From Eledone cirrhosa (Eukaryota), in assembly GCA_964016885.1 (NCBI GenBank), contig OZ024748.1, positions 53,134,001 to 53,198,000 of the forward strand: DNA of 64,000 nt. The letters run 5' to 3'. The notes below the pieces were generated by a model. The model was not told the DNA's origin and ran no database searches. It worked only from the letters and a program-made list of their open reading frames with translations. The position numbers and the translations under genes were made by a program. How positions within the stretch are numbered: the stretch's first letter is position 1; every line of letters starts with the position of its first letter. Of this stretch, positions 28,105 to 43,364 are shown in pieces.

Positions 28105-28258
28105 ATCATCATCATCATCACCATCATCATTTTACATCCACTTTTCCCTGCTTGCAAGGGTGGGACTAGTCCTATTCAGCACAGCATCTCTCCACTTGTC
28201 ACAGTCCTTCGTCATCTCCTCCATGAGCTTCAGCGATCTGAGGTCTGCTTTCACCACC
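28105..28258 (-). mobile_element. RTE LINE 3' terminus
   Basis: The minus strand encodes VVKADLRSLKLMEEMTKDCDKWRDAV and ends in (GAT)n. Confidence 0.7.
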
Positions 28259-29899
28259 ATGTATGAAAGTTATGTTCCAAACACCAGCTTAATAAAGAGG
28301 AAGCTATTCATGTTATTAAATCCCTACATGTTCTTCATTATAATTATTTTTGAAATTATCAATCAACAAGATCCCAGACCTAATTTCCTTACCAAGTGGG
28401 GTGGAACTCATTAAATCTGACCAATGAAACAAGGTTCCAGTTGGCCTTTCCATCACTGATACAGTCAGGCTGTTGCAACTCCTGGCAGAAGGAGCAGCAT
28501 GAAGTAAAGTATCTTGCTCAAGGACATAATGCATGGGTTGGTCTGTGAATTGAACTCCCAACCTCACGATTGCTAATCCAATTCTCTAACCATTAAGCCA
28601 CATGCCTTCAATATCATAGGCAGTGTTTTCCATTTGATATGAAAGTGTTAAACATTTTCCATTTCTGTAATATAACACTGAAATGTTTGATTTGTTGACT
28701 TAAGATTATTAGTGCCAAGAAATCAGGTACTTTGTCATCTCCTCCATGAGCTTCAGCGATCTGAAGTCTGCTTTCACCACCATGTATGAAAGTTATGTTC
28801 CAAACACCAGCTTGTTCTTCATTCATAGAGTATAATAAACAGAGAAGAAGAATCATTTGAGTGATAATAATTACATTTTCACTTGTACAACTATAATATA
28901 ATATTTCTTTGAGTTCATTCAAATCCTTTTTAGTTATTTAAAGCCAGGCAACACTGATAAAGACTATGTTTGGCTGAAGAAGTCTAATAATACTGAAACA
29001 TGCCTGGCAGTGGCAACATGTTTGTCAAAGATCAGACCCATTACCTACCCATTGTAAAACCATATTTAATTTTCACTTCCTTTTAACCTTTTCACTGCTG
29101 ACCCCTTGAATGTTTTGTGGTCTCTATACTGAGTCTCTAGGCTCAATTTCTCTCCCCAAAAAATATTTTTCAAAAGAACAAATTGTTTTGGATCTGTAGA
29201 TCTTTGCTTTCTTGCCAGTTGTGAGACCATGTAAAAAAAAAAAGAGACATAAAGATTGAATGAAAAAAACAGAAATAAATTTATATCTCAAACCTACACT
29301 GGTTTATCTGAACTCCTATGAAGTTGTATTTCATTGGAAGTTTCTTGGGTGTTTTAAGGATATGGACCCTGGTGCTTTCACCAAAAGCAATATAAAATGA
29401 AACATGGTCTAATGATGTACGATAATAACGCCGTTGATTCAATTCTTGGACAGGCTGCTGCATTGTGTTCTTGAGGAAAACACTTTATTTCACATTGCTC
29501 TCATACTGAGCTGAGACTGAGTACCAACAGTAGCTGGGGAGTTAATCGTGTGATAGATTGGCATCCTATCCAGGGAGAGTCTTGTGTTCGCAATTACTTA
29601 ATACCAAGGAAACCAGGGATAAGCACCGGTCTGATGAACCTTGGTTTAGAACAGAATGAAGCTTTTAATGTGAAATGAAGTGTATTGCTCAAGAACACAA
29701 TGTACCATACAGTCCAGGAATTAAACCCATGATTAGGTGTTCAACACCTGAAACACTAGGTCACATGAGGTATCATTATCGAGTCCATAGCTGACAAAGG
29801 GGAAAAAAGGACCTTAAAAAAAAAGGAAAATTTGAATAGGGAAACAAAGAATGATTAAACTAAATAATGTTTAGCATTTAACCTTGGCACACAGAAGAG

Positions 29900-30535
29900 A
29901 GATAGAGAGGGGAGGGTGGGGTTATCATTACCATATCACTGCTACCCCAATGATACTCAACAAAGAGAGGGGGAGTGAAGAAGCAAGATAGAGAGGGGGT
30001 TGGGTTTCACATCAATCCATCACTACTACCCCAATGATAATCAACAAAGAGAGGGGGAGTGAGCCCTAGCACATAGAAGCAAGATAGAGAGGGGGATGGG
30101 TTTCTCATTATTCTATCACTACTACCCCACTGATGATCAACAAGGAGAGAGGGAGTGAGCCCTGGCACATAGAAGCAAGATAGAGAGGGGGATGGCTTTC
30201 TCATTATTCTATCACTGCTACCCCAATGATGATCAACAAGGAGAGCGGGAGTGAGCCCTAGCACATAGAAGCAAGATAGAGAGGGGGATGGCTTTCTCAT
30301 TATTCTATCACTACTACCCCAATGATTATCAACAAGGAGAGGAGGAGTGAGCCCTAGCACATAGAAGCAAGATAGAGAGGGGGATGGGTTTCTCATTATT
30401 CTATCACTACTACCCCAATGATGATCAACAAGGAGAGCGGGAGTGAGCCCTAGCACATAGAAGCAAGATAGAGAGGGGGATGGCTTTCTCATTATTCTAT
30501 CACTACTACCCCAATGATAATGAACAAGGAGAGGG
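29900..30535 (+). repeat. 96-bp minisatellite, about 5-6 copies with degenerate edges
   Basis: TCAACAAGGAGAG..GAGTGAGCCCTAGCACATAGAAGCAAGATAGAGAGGGGGATGG repeats; gives the 32-aa periodicity of ORF 30007-30492. Confidence 0.95.
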
Positions 30536-31727
30536 GTGAAGGAAGAAGTTAGAGATGAAAGGTGGGAGAGGGTAGATTATTTTCAACAATGTAGGCAATT
30601 TGTTCATTAATTTCATTTCTTTGTGATTTTCTGCACCAAATAAAATTTAATTGAAGTCAGGCCACTGGTTTTAGGGATGTCATTATTTTGATCATTACAA
30701 AAGAACCTTACAAATAAGAATAATTATAATGCTAATAATAATTATTATTATCATCATCATCATCATCGTCATTGTTGTTGTTGTTGTTCTGTTGTGTTTC
30801 TTCAGTGAAATCAATAAATGCTTTCTGTATTGTTGATGTTTTTGTTGTTGTTGTTGTTGTTGTTGCTGCTGTTTCTGATTCCGATTCTCATGCTACTGCT
30901 GCTGCTGTTGTTCAAAGGCATCAACAAATATAGTGCCAAAAATACAATCAAACCATTATATATTTGGAATTCATTTTAGAGTTTTGATCTTCAATAATTG
31001 AGATGATCAATCTATCAATTTCTCCCCCACCTCCCTCTCCCTCTCGCTCTTTCTCTCTCTCTCTCTATATATATATATAAATATATTTATATATATATAT
31101 ATATATAAACATATATATATATTATATATATAATTTGTTATTTACTGCTTGTGTCATTGAAATAAAATGCTTATTACAATTCCTTTGCAGATAATTGCTA
31201 AGTCATTGTAATCTGGTGCACCACATTGAAAACTGGAAACCATTGAGTATATAAATTATATATAATATGCAAATGATAATATCAATTATAATTAAAGAAT
31301 ATATAGATAATTGTTGGTTATACAAAAATAAAACTACACACATTGTGGTGTGGTTAAGAGCTTTGTTTTGTTGCCATGTCTTTCAAGGTTCAACTTTCTG
31401 TATGTCACCATATTGAGTTGAGCTCTGAAATTTCATTCACAAAGCTTTACTTGATCAAAGCTCAACTACCCAAGGTGATATAGAGTGGGACCAGGTATCT
31501 TAGAGAACTCCCAAATTTTATTCCCAAAACTTGGAGTTCAGACACCTTGGTAGTTGATCTCCCAAATTTCATTCACAAAGCTTTGGTTGATCTGAGCTCA
31601 ACTGCCCAATGAGCCACAGTGTGATACCAAGCACCTTGGTGAGTTGAGTTCCCAAATTTCCTTCACAAAGCTTCTGCAGATCCCAACATGTGACACCTTG
31701 GACAGTTGAGCTTGGCTCAACCAAAGA

Positions 31728-32868
31728 TCCACACTGTTTGCCGAAGGGCTTCGCCGTTGACTGGTTGAACCATTAGGGGTGTGGTTTGTCCATATAAGGG
31801 TATTTATTATTTATCCAATTGTAAATTTTCTTGATAGAAGTTTTTTAGATTTATTTATATGTTTAGGGAGTGGTTGTGTGTGTAGATATGTAGCTTAGTG
31901 TGTGTGTGTATGTATGTGTGTGTCTATGTGCACATCTAAGTGTATCTGCCTGTTCAACTTGAGATAGAATAATCATTAAAAGGAAGTAGAATTATAATTA
32001 TCAAAGATATATGAGGGTGTGTGTGTGTGTTTGTGTATGTCTGCCATCAGGCATGATTATCACAACCTTCAGAAAACAAAGCTATGGAATTGGTGTCACA
32101 ACCAGCAATAGGTCACCCTGGTCAAAGAATTGTCCAATTCACCTATTGTCAAACTAAACAAAGGGACGACTTATTTGTTTGTTATCTGAAATATCAAGGA
32201 ACATCTAGTTGGTACTGTTATTGTAATTTCTAGTGGATTTATTGGTTCAAGTCTTTTTTACTGGCAACTAAGCTCACCCTTAAATTACCTTAAATTCTGT
32301 GCATATTTCTGGGTGCTAGTGTGATCTGCTGGTGTAATTTGTGTGAAGTTGTGCTTTTTTGTGGGTATGTGCTGCATGGACTTAGGTGTGTATCTACCAG
32401 TGTGGATGCATAGTAGTGTGTGAAAATGTACTATGATGACTTAGGGTGTATGTTGCGGTGTGGATATGTACAATTGATGTTGGAAAGGTGTTTTACTCTC
32501 CTGGATCATGAGAAGGTCTGAAGTTGAGGTATATTTTGTAAACATATTACACCCATAAGTGATCTGGAAATTGACATAATTCTCCACACCAGAAAGACAG
32601 TCCTGTTTTCTGGAAACTCGACCTGGATAAAAAGAGCCCCAGATTCACCCTTCAACATTAGTATGGGAGCAATTGACTTGGCAGGGCTTACAGACCTGAT
32701 AAGCCTGTATATACTCAAGAAACTACACACACAACCACTCTCTAAACATGAAAAAAAATCTAAAACACTTCTATAAGGAAAATGAATAATATATACCCTT
32801 ATATGAACATATCACACCCCTAATGATACAGCCAGTCAACAATGAAGCCCTCTGGCAAACAGTCTGGA
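31728..32868. repeat. diverged inverted repeats of about 150 bp (31728-31885 and 32724-32868)
   Basis: ACTGTTTGCCGAAGGGCTTC...TTAGGGGTGTG...ATATAAGGGTAT...TTTAGGGAGTGGTTGTGTGTG matches its reverse complement at 32724-32868. Confidence 0.8.
32528..32727 (+). mobile_element. Penelope-like element reverse-transcriptase fragment (not in the ORF track)
   Basis: The frame from 32537 reads CKHITPISDLEIDIILHTRKTVLFSGNSTWIKRAPDSPFNISMGAIDLAGLTDLISLYILKKL, matching the PLE RT motif H.RK..LF....W.K....F...MG..D.A...EL.GLYIL. Confidence 0.8.
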
Positions 32869-33849
32869 ACTAGCTGTTGAAATGGCAAGAGCTCAGCCAT
32901 CAGGTCCGGACTCTTTATAATATAGCCATACTCTACTACCCCAGGTATTGAGTACTCTGTTGAGAAATCGTCTAACTAATTTTGAAATGGTTCTATCCTG
33001 ATATATATATATATTTAAAGATACCTATAGTCTACTAATGTATTGAGTACCGTTTGTAACTGTGGTTACCCATGACATAACTCAGGATTCTATATATATA
33101 TATACTCATATATATATATATATATATATATAACCCCAAAACATTTAAACCTATCTATATATATAAACACAAATATACTTCTACACACAAACACATTCAT
33201 GTGTGTATATACATATACACCTATGCATACACCAATACATATTATAATTCACAAACAAATTATGTGAGAAAACATCCGTTTATTTATTTATTTATGTATT
33301 ATATATTGTTATTTTTTTTCAAATTAGAAGAAAAATATCAAAATATTAAAATACCAAAATATTAAATTATTAAAATATTAATAATGAAATAATCCTTTAA
33401 AAGAAACATCAGCCAATTAAAGATTGAAAAAAAAATAGAGGTTCTGCTTGCTACTAAAAAAAGAAAGAAGTGTAAAACACACACAGAAACTATTGTAAAA
33501 AACAACAGCATTGAAAAGTAATATTTATGAAGTGTTTTACAAGTAGGTTGACTTAATCAGTGATAGGAACTCTGACGTATTAGGTCAAGAGGTTAAGAAG
33601 AGGATTTCTAATTTCTCACAAATCAGGGTTAGTTACTTTATTGTTGAAAATAAAATCAGAATAATCAAGAATTTAAAAAAAATAATATATTATACAAAGA
33701 AAAAATATATATATAAAGAAATATAAAAAATTTATGGAGTAAAAAAAAAAGAAAGAAAAATATTTAATGAAAATATAAAACATATACTTCCCTGCCTGTC
33801 TGTCAGGCATATATATATATGTGTGTGTGTGTGTGTGTATATATATATG

Positions 33850-33917
<68 letters not shown>

Positions 33918-34191
33918 TATAAATATATATATACATACATATATGTGTACATACATACATGTATACATACACACAAAGACACAGACACTCACACACATAC
34001 ACATACAGAAGCACAAAGATGCTGACACATTCATGTGTGTGTATATATATAAAATATTTTGAACTATATACATGATAAAGTCATATATTTATATACACAC
34101 CAGTGCGTATAATCATATGTGCATGGCGGCATCACATCCACACATCAGTGTGTGAGTGAGTATTTGTGCGTATGTTGGTCTCTCTGTATGT

Positions 34192-34246
<55 letters not shown>

Positions 34247-34536
34247 TACATATTTATATATATATATACATATTTATATATATATATATATATATGTGTA
34301 TGTATATATACACACACATACATAACTACAGAAGTGTGTATACATATGTAATTTTAGGCAAAGATTTGATTAAACCAGAACTCACATGCATACATATATA
34401 CACATATATATACATATATACACATATATATATATATACATATATAAATACACATACACAATGGGTCCTGTATGTATGTATTTTTATATGTATGTATATA
34501 TATATATGTATGTGTGTATATATATATATATATAAA

Positions 34537-34568
<32 letters not shown>

Positions 34569-35044
34569 CATGTCTCTCTCAATATATATATATATACACC
34601 AATTAAGTGCTGTGGTGTTAAAGGACATTTTTATTAAACAGTCTGGATGATGTTAAATTAATTACAAATTATTTATGTTTTATTTTAGATTTTTTCACTT
34701 TTAAATTATTAGTTTTTCTAATTATTGATTAAATAGTTTTTTTTTTATATTATTTATTTTTATTAATTCATATTTTCACTTAATTTATTATTTTTGTTTT
34801 TCATGTTGGGGGAGGGGTAAATAATTTAATTTAACACTTTTTATGAGTTTTTCTTTCAAATTTCAATTTTTTTAAACTTTTTTTTTACTTTTTCTTCATT
34901 ATTTTTTTATCTATTAATTGTTTTGTTTGTAGTTCTTATTGTTTTCCTTTATTTATTCCAACCTAAACCCCAACACTGCCCCGTCTCGCCCCACTTCTCT
35001 CCTCACATGGTAACTCATCCCTGGTATCACACTTCACTCCTCCC

Positions 35045-36030
35045 CCGCCATCCTGGCAACCCAACCATGTTACCACACTCTCCCGTCCCTCACCATCCTG
35101 GCAACTCAGCCATGTTACCGCACTCTCCCGTCCCCCACCATCAGTGGCAACCGAACAGTGTTACCCCTCCCTCACCATCCTGTCAACCCAACCATGTTAC
35201 CACACTCTCCCGTCCCCCACCATCCTGGCAACTCAGCCATGTTACCACACTCTCCTGTCCCCCACCATCCTGGCAACCGAACCGTGTTACCCCTCCCTCA
35301 CCATCCTGTCAACCCAACCATGTTACCACACTCTCCCGTCCCCCACCATCCTGGCAACTCAGCCATGTTACCACACTCTCCCGTCCCCCACCATCCTGGC
35401 AACTCAGCCATGTTACCACACTCTCCTGTCCCCCACCATCCTGGCAACCGAACCATGTTACCCCTCCCTCACCATCCTGTCAACCCAACCTTGTTACCCC
35501 CCCCCCCCTCACTCACCATCCTGTCAACCCAACCATGTTACCCCTCTCTCTCACCATATCCTGCAACTCAGCCATTTTGTTACCCCCTCCTGTGGTAACT
35601 CAACCCTGTTACCACACTAACCCCACCCCCTCCTGTGGTAACTCAACCCTGTTACCACACTAACCCCACCCTCTCCTGTGGTAACTCAACCCTGTTACCA
35701 CACTAACCCCACCCCCTCCTGTGGTAACTCAACCCTGTTACCACACTAACCCCACCCCTCCTGTGGTAACTCAACCCTGTTACCACACTAACCCCACCCC
35801 CTCCTGTGGTAACTCAACCCTGTTACCACACTAACCCCACCCCCTCCTGTGGTAACTCAACCCTGTTACCACACTAACCCCACCCCCTCCTGTGGTAACT
35901 CAACCCTGTTACCACACTAACCCCACCCCCTCCTGTGGTAACTCAACCCTGTTACCACACTAACCCCACCCCCTCCTGTGGTAACTCAACCATGTTACCA
36001 CACTAACCCCACCCTCTCCTGTGGCAACTC
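35045..36030 (+). repeat. composite minisatellite: 45/45/36-bp higher-order block, then a 43-bp hairpin-unit array
   Basis: 35585-36030 unit CTCCTGTGGTAACTCAACCCTGTTACCACACTAACCCCACCCC, about 10 copies. Confidence 0.92.
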
Positions 36031-36826
36031 AATCCTGTTATCACACGTTCCCCTCCTCTACCAACTTAGAAACTCAGCCGTGCTATCACATGACTCCCTC
36101 CCCCTTGGGGCAACTAAACCCTCTTATCACCCTTCCTTCCTCTCCATCTCATGACACAATATCCCTCTTATCACCCCCCCCCCCCCCTCCACCGCCATGG
36201 CAACTCAACTCTTTTATTACACTTCCTCTCCACCTCAGTTGCAACTAATTAGTTATGCCACTAACTCCTCTCCCTCTCATGGTGACTCATCCCTGTTATC
36301 ACACTTTTCTCCCCCCCCCTGTCCCTCTCATGCCAACTGAACCCTGTTATCACACGCCCCTCTACTTTGTATCACCTCAACCCTGTTATCACACTCCCCC
36401 TATAGCAACTCATCCTTGTTATCACCCAGCTATCACACTCCCTCTCCCTCTCCTTCATTTCATCTTGACCCTGTTATCATACTTATTTCACTCTGTCCCC
36501 CTCTCCCTTCTACTCCACCTCCTCAATCTACCATTCCTCCCACTTACCACACTTCTGTCTTACCACCCTTACCCCAATTCTCACCAATCAACATATTCCT
36601 CTTATAAATTAAGTTCCAGTTATACCAGAGATTTTATTTGGTGGGAAACGTTCTTTATTTTCTTTTGTTTTAGAATCATTTCAGTTTCGTGAGATTTTAA
36701 AGTCCTTCATGCTTTATGTTCTGCCATTTGTTTTATTTCTTCTCTTACTCATCAAACCCAGTCAACTCCATCCTTAACAATCAACCTCATCGTATGTATC
36801 ACCATAATCCTAATCATCAACTTCAT

Positions 36827-36865
<39 letters not shown>

Positions 36866-37893
36866 TACTGCCATCACCACCACTAACATCATCATCATCA
36901 TCTTCATAATCATCATCATCATCATCAGCATCACCATCATCATCATCCTCATCATCACCACTACCATCATCATCATTATCATCGTTACCATCATCATCAT
37001 TACAACCATCACCACTACTAACATCATCATCATCATCAACATCATCATCAACATCTCCATCATCATCATGTGTTTATGCTTGTGTTTGTAGTGTGATCTC
37101 TGATGGTATTTGCCTGATGTATCATGTATGTATCATCGTATTATCGTTTTTTATATTTGATGTGGTTCTATCTGCGACTTTATTGGGTATATGTGTTTTA
37201 GCAAGGTGTATCTGTATATTTTCCGTCGTACAACATTTACATGGTTTGTTATTTCCTTAACCAATATAGCTTACCGTAGATTGCATAGGATACTATTTGT
37301 TTGCAGATGTAGTTAGATATAGTCGTATCATGTATTCCTTTAGGGTTCCTAAATGTATAGCAGTGCTGGTAATGACATATTTTAAACGGATTGGAGGTCT
37401 AATCTGTATATGATTTAAAAAATTGTTGGGGTTGATTCGGCTTCCAATGAGGAAGGTTAAATTTTTTTTTAAATAATCAAAATCTTTTGTTGCCGAATAA
37501 CTTTTGCTCTTTTCCTCCTTTTCTTCTCATTTATATCATTTATGATCCTTTCCAATATAACTTTCCTTTTCTATATGTTTGACTAAATAGCAAATTCTTT
37601 ATCATTTTCATGTAATTTTATTCTAGAAATATATTTGAGTAAAAAATAATTTTAAAATCATAAGCAACGTCTTTCACTAGAATTGTGGTAACTAAAAGGG
37701 TAAACGGGCACACTTTTAATTTTAGTCCGACCCCACATTCCAACATCATATACGAGGTTTATTTTTCAACATCCTGGAAAGAGACAATGCAGTTATTAAT
37801 AAGAAGAGTTGAAATTAAGGCATGCAAGATTTCATAGCTATAGCATTAATCCGTCATGGTCAGCCTATGAAAATTTCAGCCGACACGTAAAAA

Positions 37894-37926
<33 letters not shown>

Positions 37927-37941
37927 CTCTCTCTCTCTCTC

Positions 37942-38026
<85 letters not shown>

Positions 38027-38187
38027 TAACACACATATATATATATTTACGTAGAGCACGCAGCGTATGTGCATAAACACACATGCAGCGTGTTGTATTT
38101 TGACAGATGATTCCTACCCAACTGTATGGATGAAACATTGTAAGCAAATAAAAAACTGTTTGAGTATGTAAGCGTTCTTTGGTTTCC

Positions 38188-38220
<33 letters not shown>

Positions 38221-38238
38221 ATGTGTGTGTATATATAT

Positions 38239-38316
<78 letters not shown>

Positions 38317-38544
38317 TTCATTTGTTTTTTGTTGCTTTTGTTAGTACATTCCCTTTTCTTAACTTATAGTATTAAGTCACCATTAAGACTTTTTTCTCTC
38401 ATTAAGTCTGAAGAAATAACAAAATAATAATCGAAACAAATTTGTCAGCTTATATATAAATAATTATTTAAGACCCTCCTTGAATAATAGATTTCTTTAT
38501 TTAGTTTCTGAATACAATTTTTCACATTAACAAATATATCATAT

Positions 38545-38635
<91 letters not shown>

Positions 38636-38867
38636 AATGGGTGAAGAATAACATGGATCGGCTGTACAGTAGGGTTTATTCAAAATATTAACAAATGTTT
38701 CATTAGTCTGGTGTGTTTAAACACCGCTGTTCGTATAATGCTACGTCACTCGGATATATATATATTTGTGTATAGTGGTAGCTAAGGTGCTTCCGTAGGC
38801 GGTATGCCAAAATTAGCACTCGATATTCATCAGAGTAGATTTTCATCACTGATTTTTCGTTTTCTTG

Positions 38868-38960
<93 letters not shown>

Positions 38961-39189
38961 AGGGAGAGAGAGAGGGAGAGAAATTATATATGTATATATA
39001 TCATTTAAAGCAGGTGACATACAAAGATGATACTTCAAATATTTTTATTAACCTCTATGCACGTTTCAACTTCAATGTAACCAGGTAACACTAAAGTATT
39101 ATCGGGACATCAATGTAGGATTTGGATGATACAAGTTCCCAAAACAAACAACACTTCATAGTTAATAAAGAGAGTTCTTTTAAGAGCTT

Positions 39190-39320
39190 CTTTTTCCAGA
39201 GGCTCACATGAAAAGTTTTTCTCTCTTTCTCTGAAAGAAATCGAATGTGTTCAGATCTGCAGAGGAGATGGGCTCCATCATGTTTAAAATGCATAAAACA
39301 TTACGGTGCCCCTGCATCTC
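39190..39320 (-). mobile_element. Tc1/mariner transposase relic
   Basis: The minus strand gives FKHDGAH (cf. FQQDGAP) and, frameshifted, [10 protein letters not shown] (cf. SPDLNPLDFF). A homologous relic lies at 60230-60500. Confidence 0.55.
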
Positions 39321-39343
39321 ACTCAGGACTTATACACACACGC

Positions 39344-39516
<173 letters not shown>

Positions 39517-39881
39517 CCACGAGTTACTGTATCCGACGAAAGTGTACTTAAATATTAGTACCCTTGAAATACGTATAATAAAATAAATAACTTTTATAAA
39601 GATATTTTCCATTTATTAATATTATTAATATTATATATATAATTAATATTATATATTAATATTATTAATATTATATATATATATATATATATAAAGAAAG
39701 AAAGAAAGAACGTGTGTTTAGAAAACGGTGAGCTGAATTTGAAAATTGAATTAGAAGATTTCGCCATAACATTGGCAAAAAAATAAAGTCTAATAACGGA
39801 ACGTATAAACAAACTGAACGAAAAAATATGTTCTTCACACACACAAACACACATACACAAACACACAGACCACACACACAT

Positions 39882-39917
<36 letters not shown>

Positions 39918-40013
39918 TGTCCATTTGTTGCTGTTCCATGTGCAATGGAACCAGCTGTATCGATCTTAAAATATTGAAACAACCTATTACCACCTAGTTT
40001 ATTCATGATACAT

Positions 40014-40070
<57 letters not shown>

Positions 40071-40076
40071 TATATG

Positions 40077-40123
<47 letters not shown>

Positions 40124-40439
40124 ATATATGGGGAGGGTCATATTTGCGTAATATTGCCAGAATTAATAACAGAACACACTCACTGTTTGGTTGGTTTTCG
40201 CTTCTCGCTGTCTTTTATATATATATATATCTGCGATCTAACTTACTCGGTCCTCAATGTTGCCATTGACTGACCGGCGGTCAAAAATAATACAGATACA
40301 ATATAGACAAACACATATATATATAGTTTACATAATTTACATAAATCTTTCGTTGCACATCTGCAACATCGTCAGTGGTGTTATATTCATTGTTCCTCCT
40401 GTTGTGTTGTATGTCTACGCCATTTTTTTTTTGTTCCAA

Positions 40440-40491
<52 letters not shown>

Positions 40492-40544
40492 GGAAAAAAT
40501 GAAACGAAATTTCATTTCGCACTCTTAGTACGGCTGTTACTTAA

Positions 40545-41221
<677 letters not shown>

Positions 41222-41316
41222 ATGAGAAGAGAGAAGAATACTGCGTGGTTGCACATGGGTTACATATGATAAAAATAGTCCTTCGTCAGTGATTTTCCAA
41301 CCATCATTGGTATTTC

Positions 41317-41510
41317 AACGAAGGAGGTGTGGTAAAGAACCAGATGGACCATAACGCACCAGAGTACTCAATACTTAGGGTAGTAGAGCGGGTAATAGGA
41401 AAATGTTTGACCCCGAGGGTAGAGCTCAAGCTGTTTCGACGGCTATTTCTGGAGGCCAGAAATAGCCGTCGAAATGGCTTGAGCTCTGCCGTCGGGTTCA
41501 AACATTTTCC
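41317..41510. mobile_element. fold-back family copy with hammerhead 3' half
   Basis: Palindrome 41398-41510 centred on GACGGCTATTTCTGG-AGG-CCAGAAATAGCCGTC. GAAA at 41471, GTC at 41491. Confidence 0.8.
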
Positions 41511-41567
<57 letters not shown>

Positions 41568-41772
41568 CGGTTTATAGAATATGGAAGTAGAGAGGGTTAG
41601 GCGCTCCATCATCCACTTTTCTAAAAAAATATATCATACACAAAACGCCAACATCGACAGTTTTCCAAGAGATGGCAACATGAATGGACAGACCTGTTTA
41701 TTTTCTCTAAAAACATTTTATTTTTCAATTCCACCCCGCCAGTCCCTTCAATCTTTCTAATTTCTCGTTCTT

Positions 41773-41808
41773 TCTTCTGATGAAGGACTAGCGTCCGAAA
41801 CGTTAAGA
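41773..41808 (+). ncRNA. minimal type I hammerhead ribozyme inside a ~220-bp element (41669-41890)
   Basis: Stem I TCTT/AAGA, CTGATGA, stem II GGAC-TAGC-GTCC, GAAA, palindromic stem III ACGT, triplet GUU. Confidence 0.8.
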
Positions 41809-42453
41809 CCCTCTTCCTGCTATTTTAAGCATTAACCTAATACATTCCTTCCATATACTATACCAATTGTGTTGTTATTTCTGTTTATATAATGTATGTG
41901 TGTGTGTACATATCTGTGTACATATATGTGTACATATATGTGTACATATATGGACACATATATGTGTACATATATGTGTACATATATGTGTACATATATG
42001 TGTACACATACATCTATCCGTGTGTACTGGCACACATTTAATTTAAGTAAGCTTTTTTAAGGAAATAACAAAATCAAAACAAATATAAACAAAATAAAAT
42101 AACAAAAAATAACAGAAATGATTTAAGTGACAATAAAAAATTTATCCCAGCAAATTACAAATTCCATTCTTCGGAATAGGAATGGTGGAATGGTCCTCTG
42201 GGGAAATAAAAAGAGCTGGCAGCAATGGTGGAGACATAGGAAGTATTTGGCATCCCTGACAGTATATATATATATATGGTAGATGGGACACCTTTTTGGC
42301 TTCTTCTCTTTGCTGTCTTTTCTATATCTTCATTATTTTGTCCTCTTTAATCCAAGAATTTCTTTTTTTTTTGTATAAATTTTCAGCTGTCCTTGTGATA
42401 CATGCTGATGTATATACGTACATATATATATATATATACATATATATAGAGAT

Positions 42454-42551
<98 letters not shown>

Positions 42552-42767
42552 CATACATGCGTACGTACATACATATATACATGGGTACGTATATAATATG
42601 TGCGTACGTACATACGTACATACATATGTACGCACACACATGCACACAGAAACACACACACACACACACACACATCTATATATATATATATTGTATATAC
42701 ACTTCAACAGCATTCTAATAAATATTGCCTATAGGTAATCAAAGTCTGTATACACTTTTGGGACACC

Positions 42768-42806
<39 letters not shown>

Positions 42807-43364
42807 CACATACGTATATAATTACATGCATAATGCATACATTCACACATGATTATATATAAGTGTGTACATACAAACATATATGTATGAATATATGCCC
42901 CAGCATGGCCAACATTCGAAGACTGAAATCATTATCATTCATATATGTGTCTATACGTACATATACATACATATATTTGGACACATATACTTACATAATT
43001 ACATCTGCACTTACATGCGTGCACACACACATACATACATGGTGGCTGCCAACTCGTTTTCGAGTACGGCCACTACTTTATATCCATGTAAGAGAACCCC
43101 TACCGATGCGCTGAACGAGTGTGACTTTTTAGTCCAGCCAGCGACTTCAAAACTCTGGTACAAACACTACACCTGTGACAATTATTGATACATAGTGCTG
43201 GGCCCATGGTACCATGTGACGACAAGTGCAGAGAGATCTCCAGATATAAAGCAATGCCTGTGCCGTGAAGCTTTTATAGTGAGCAAAGGCACTGCACAAA
43301 GCCAGTCCCACTCTCTTAACCAAGATGATATTTACCAAAAAGAAGAACAAGTCAACATCATTGG

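Noticed and set aside
30007-30492. 32-aa repeat protein
   Set aside because: Explained by the 96-bp minisatellite; no flanking gene structure.
35585-36030. Palindromic-repeat array resembling CRISPR or telomeric repeats
   Set aside because: The inter-hairpin sequence is invariant, and CTAACC occurs once per unit rather than as (TTAGGG)n.
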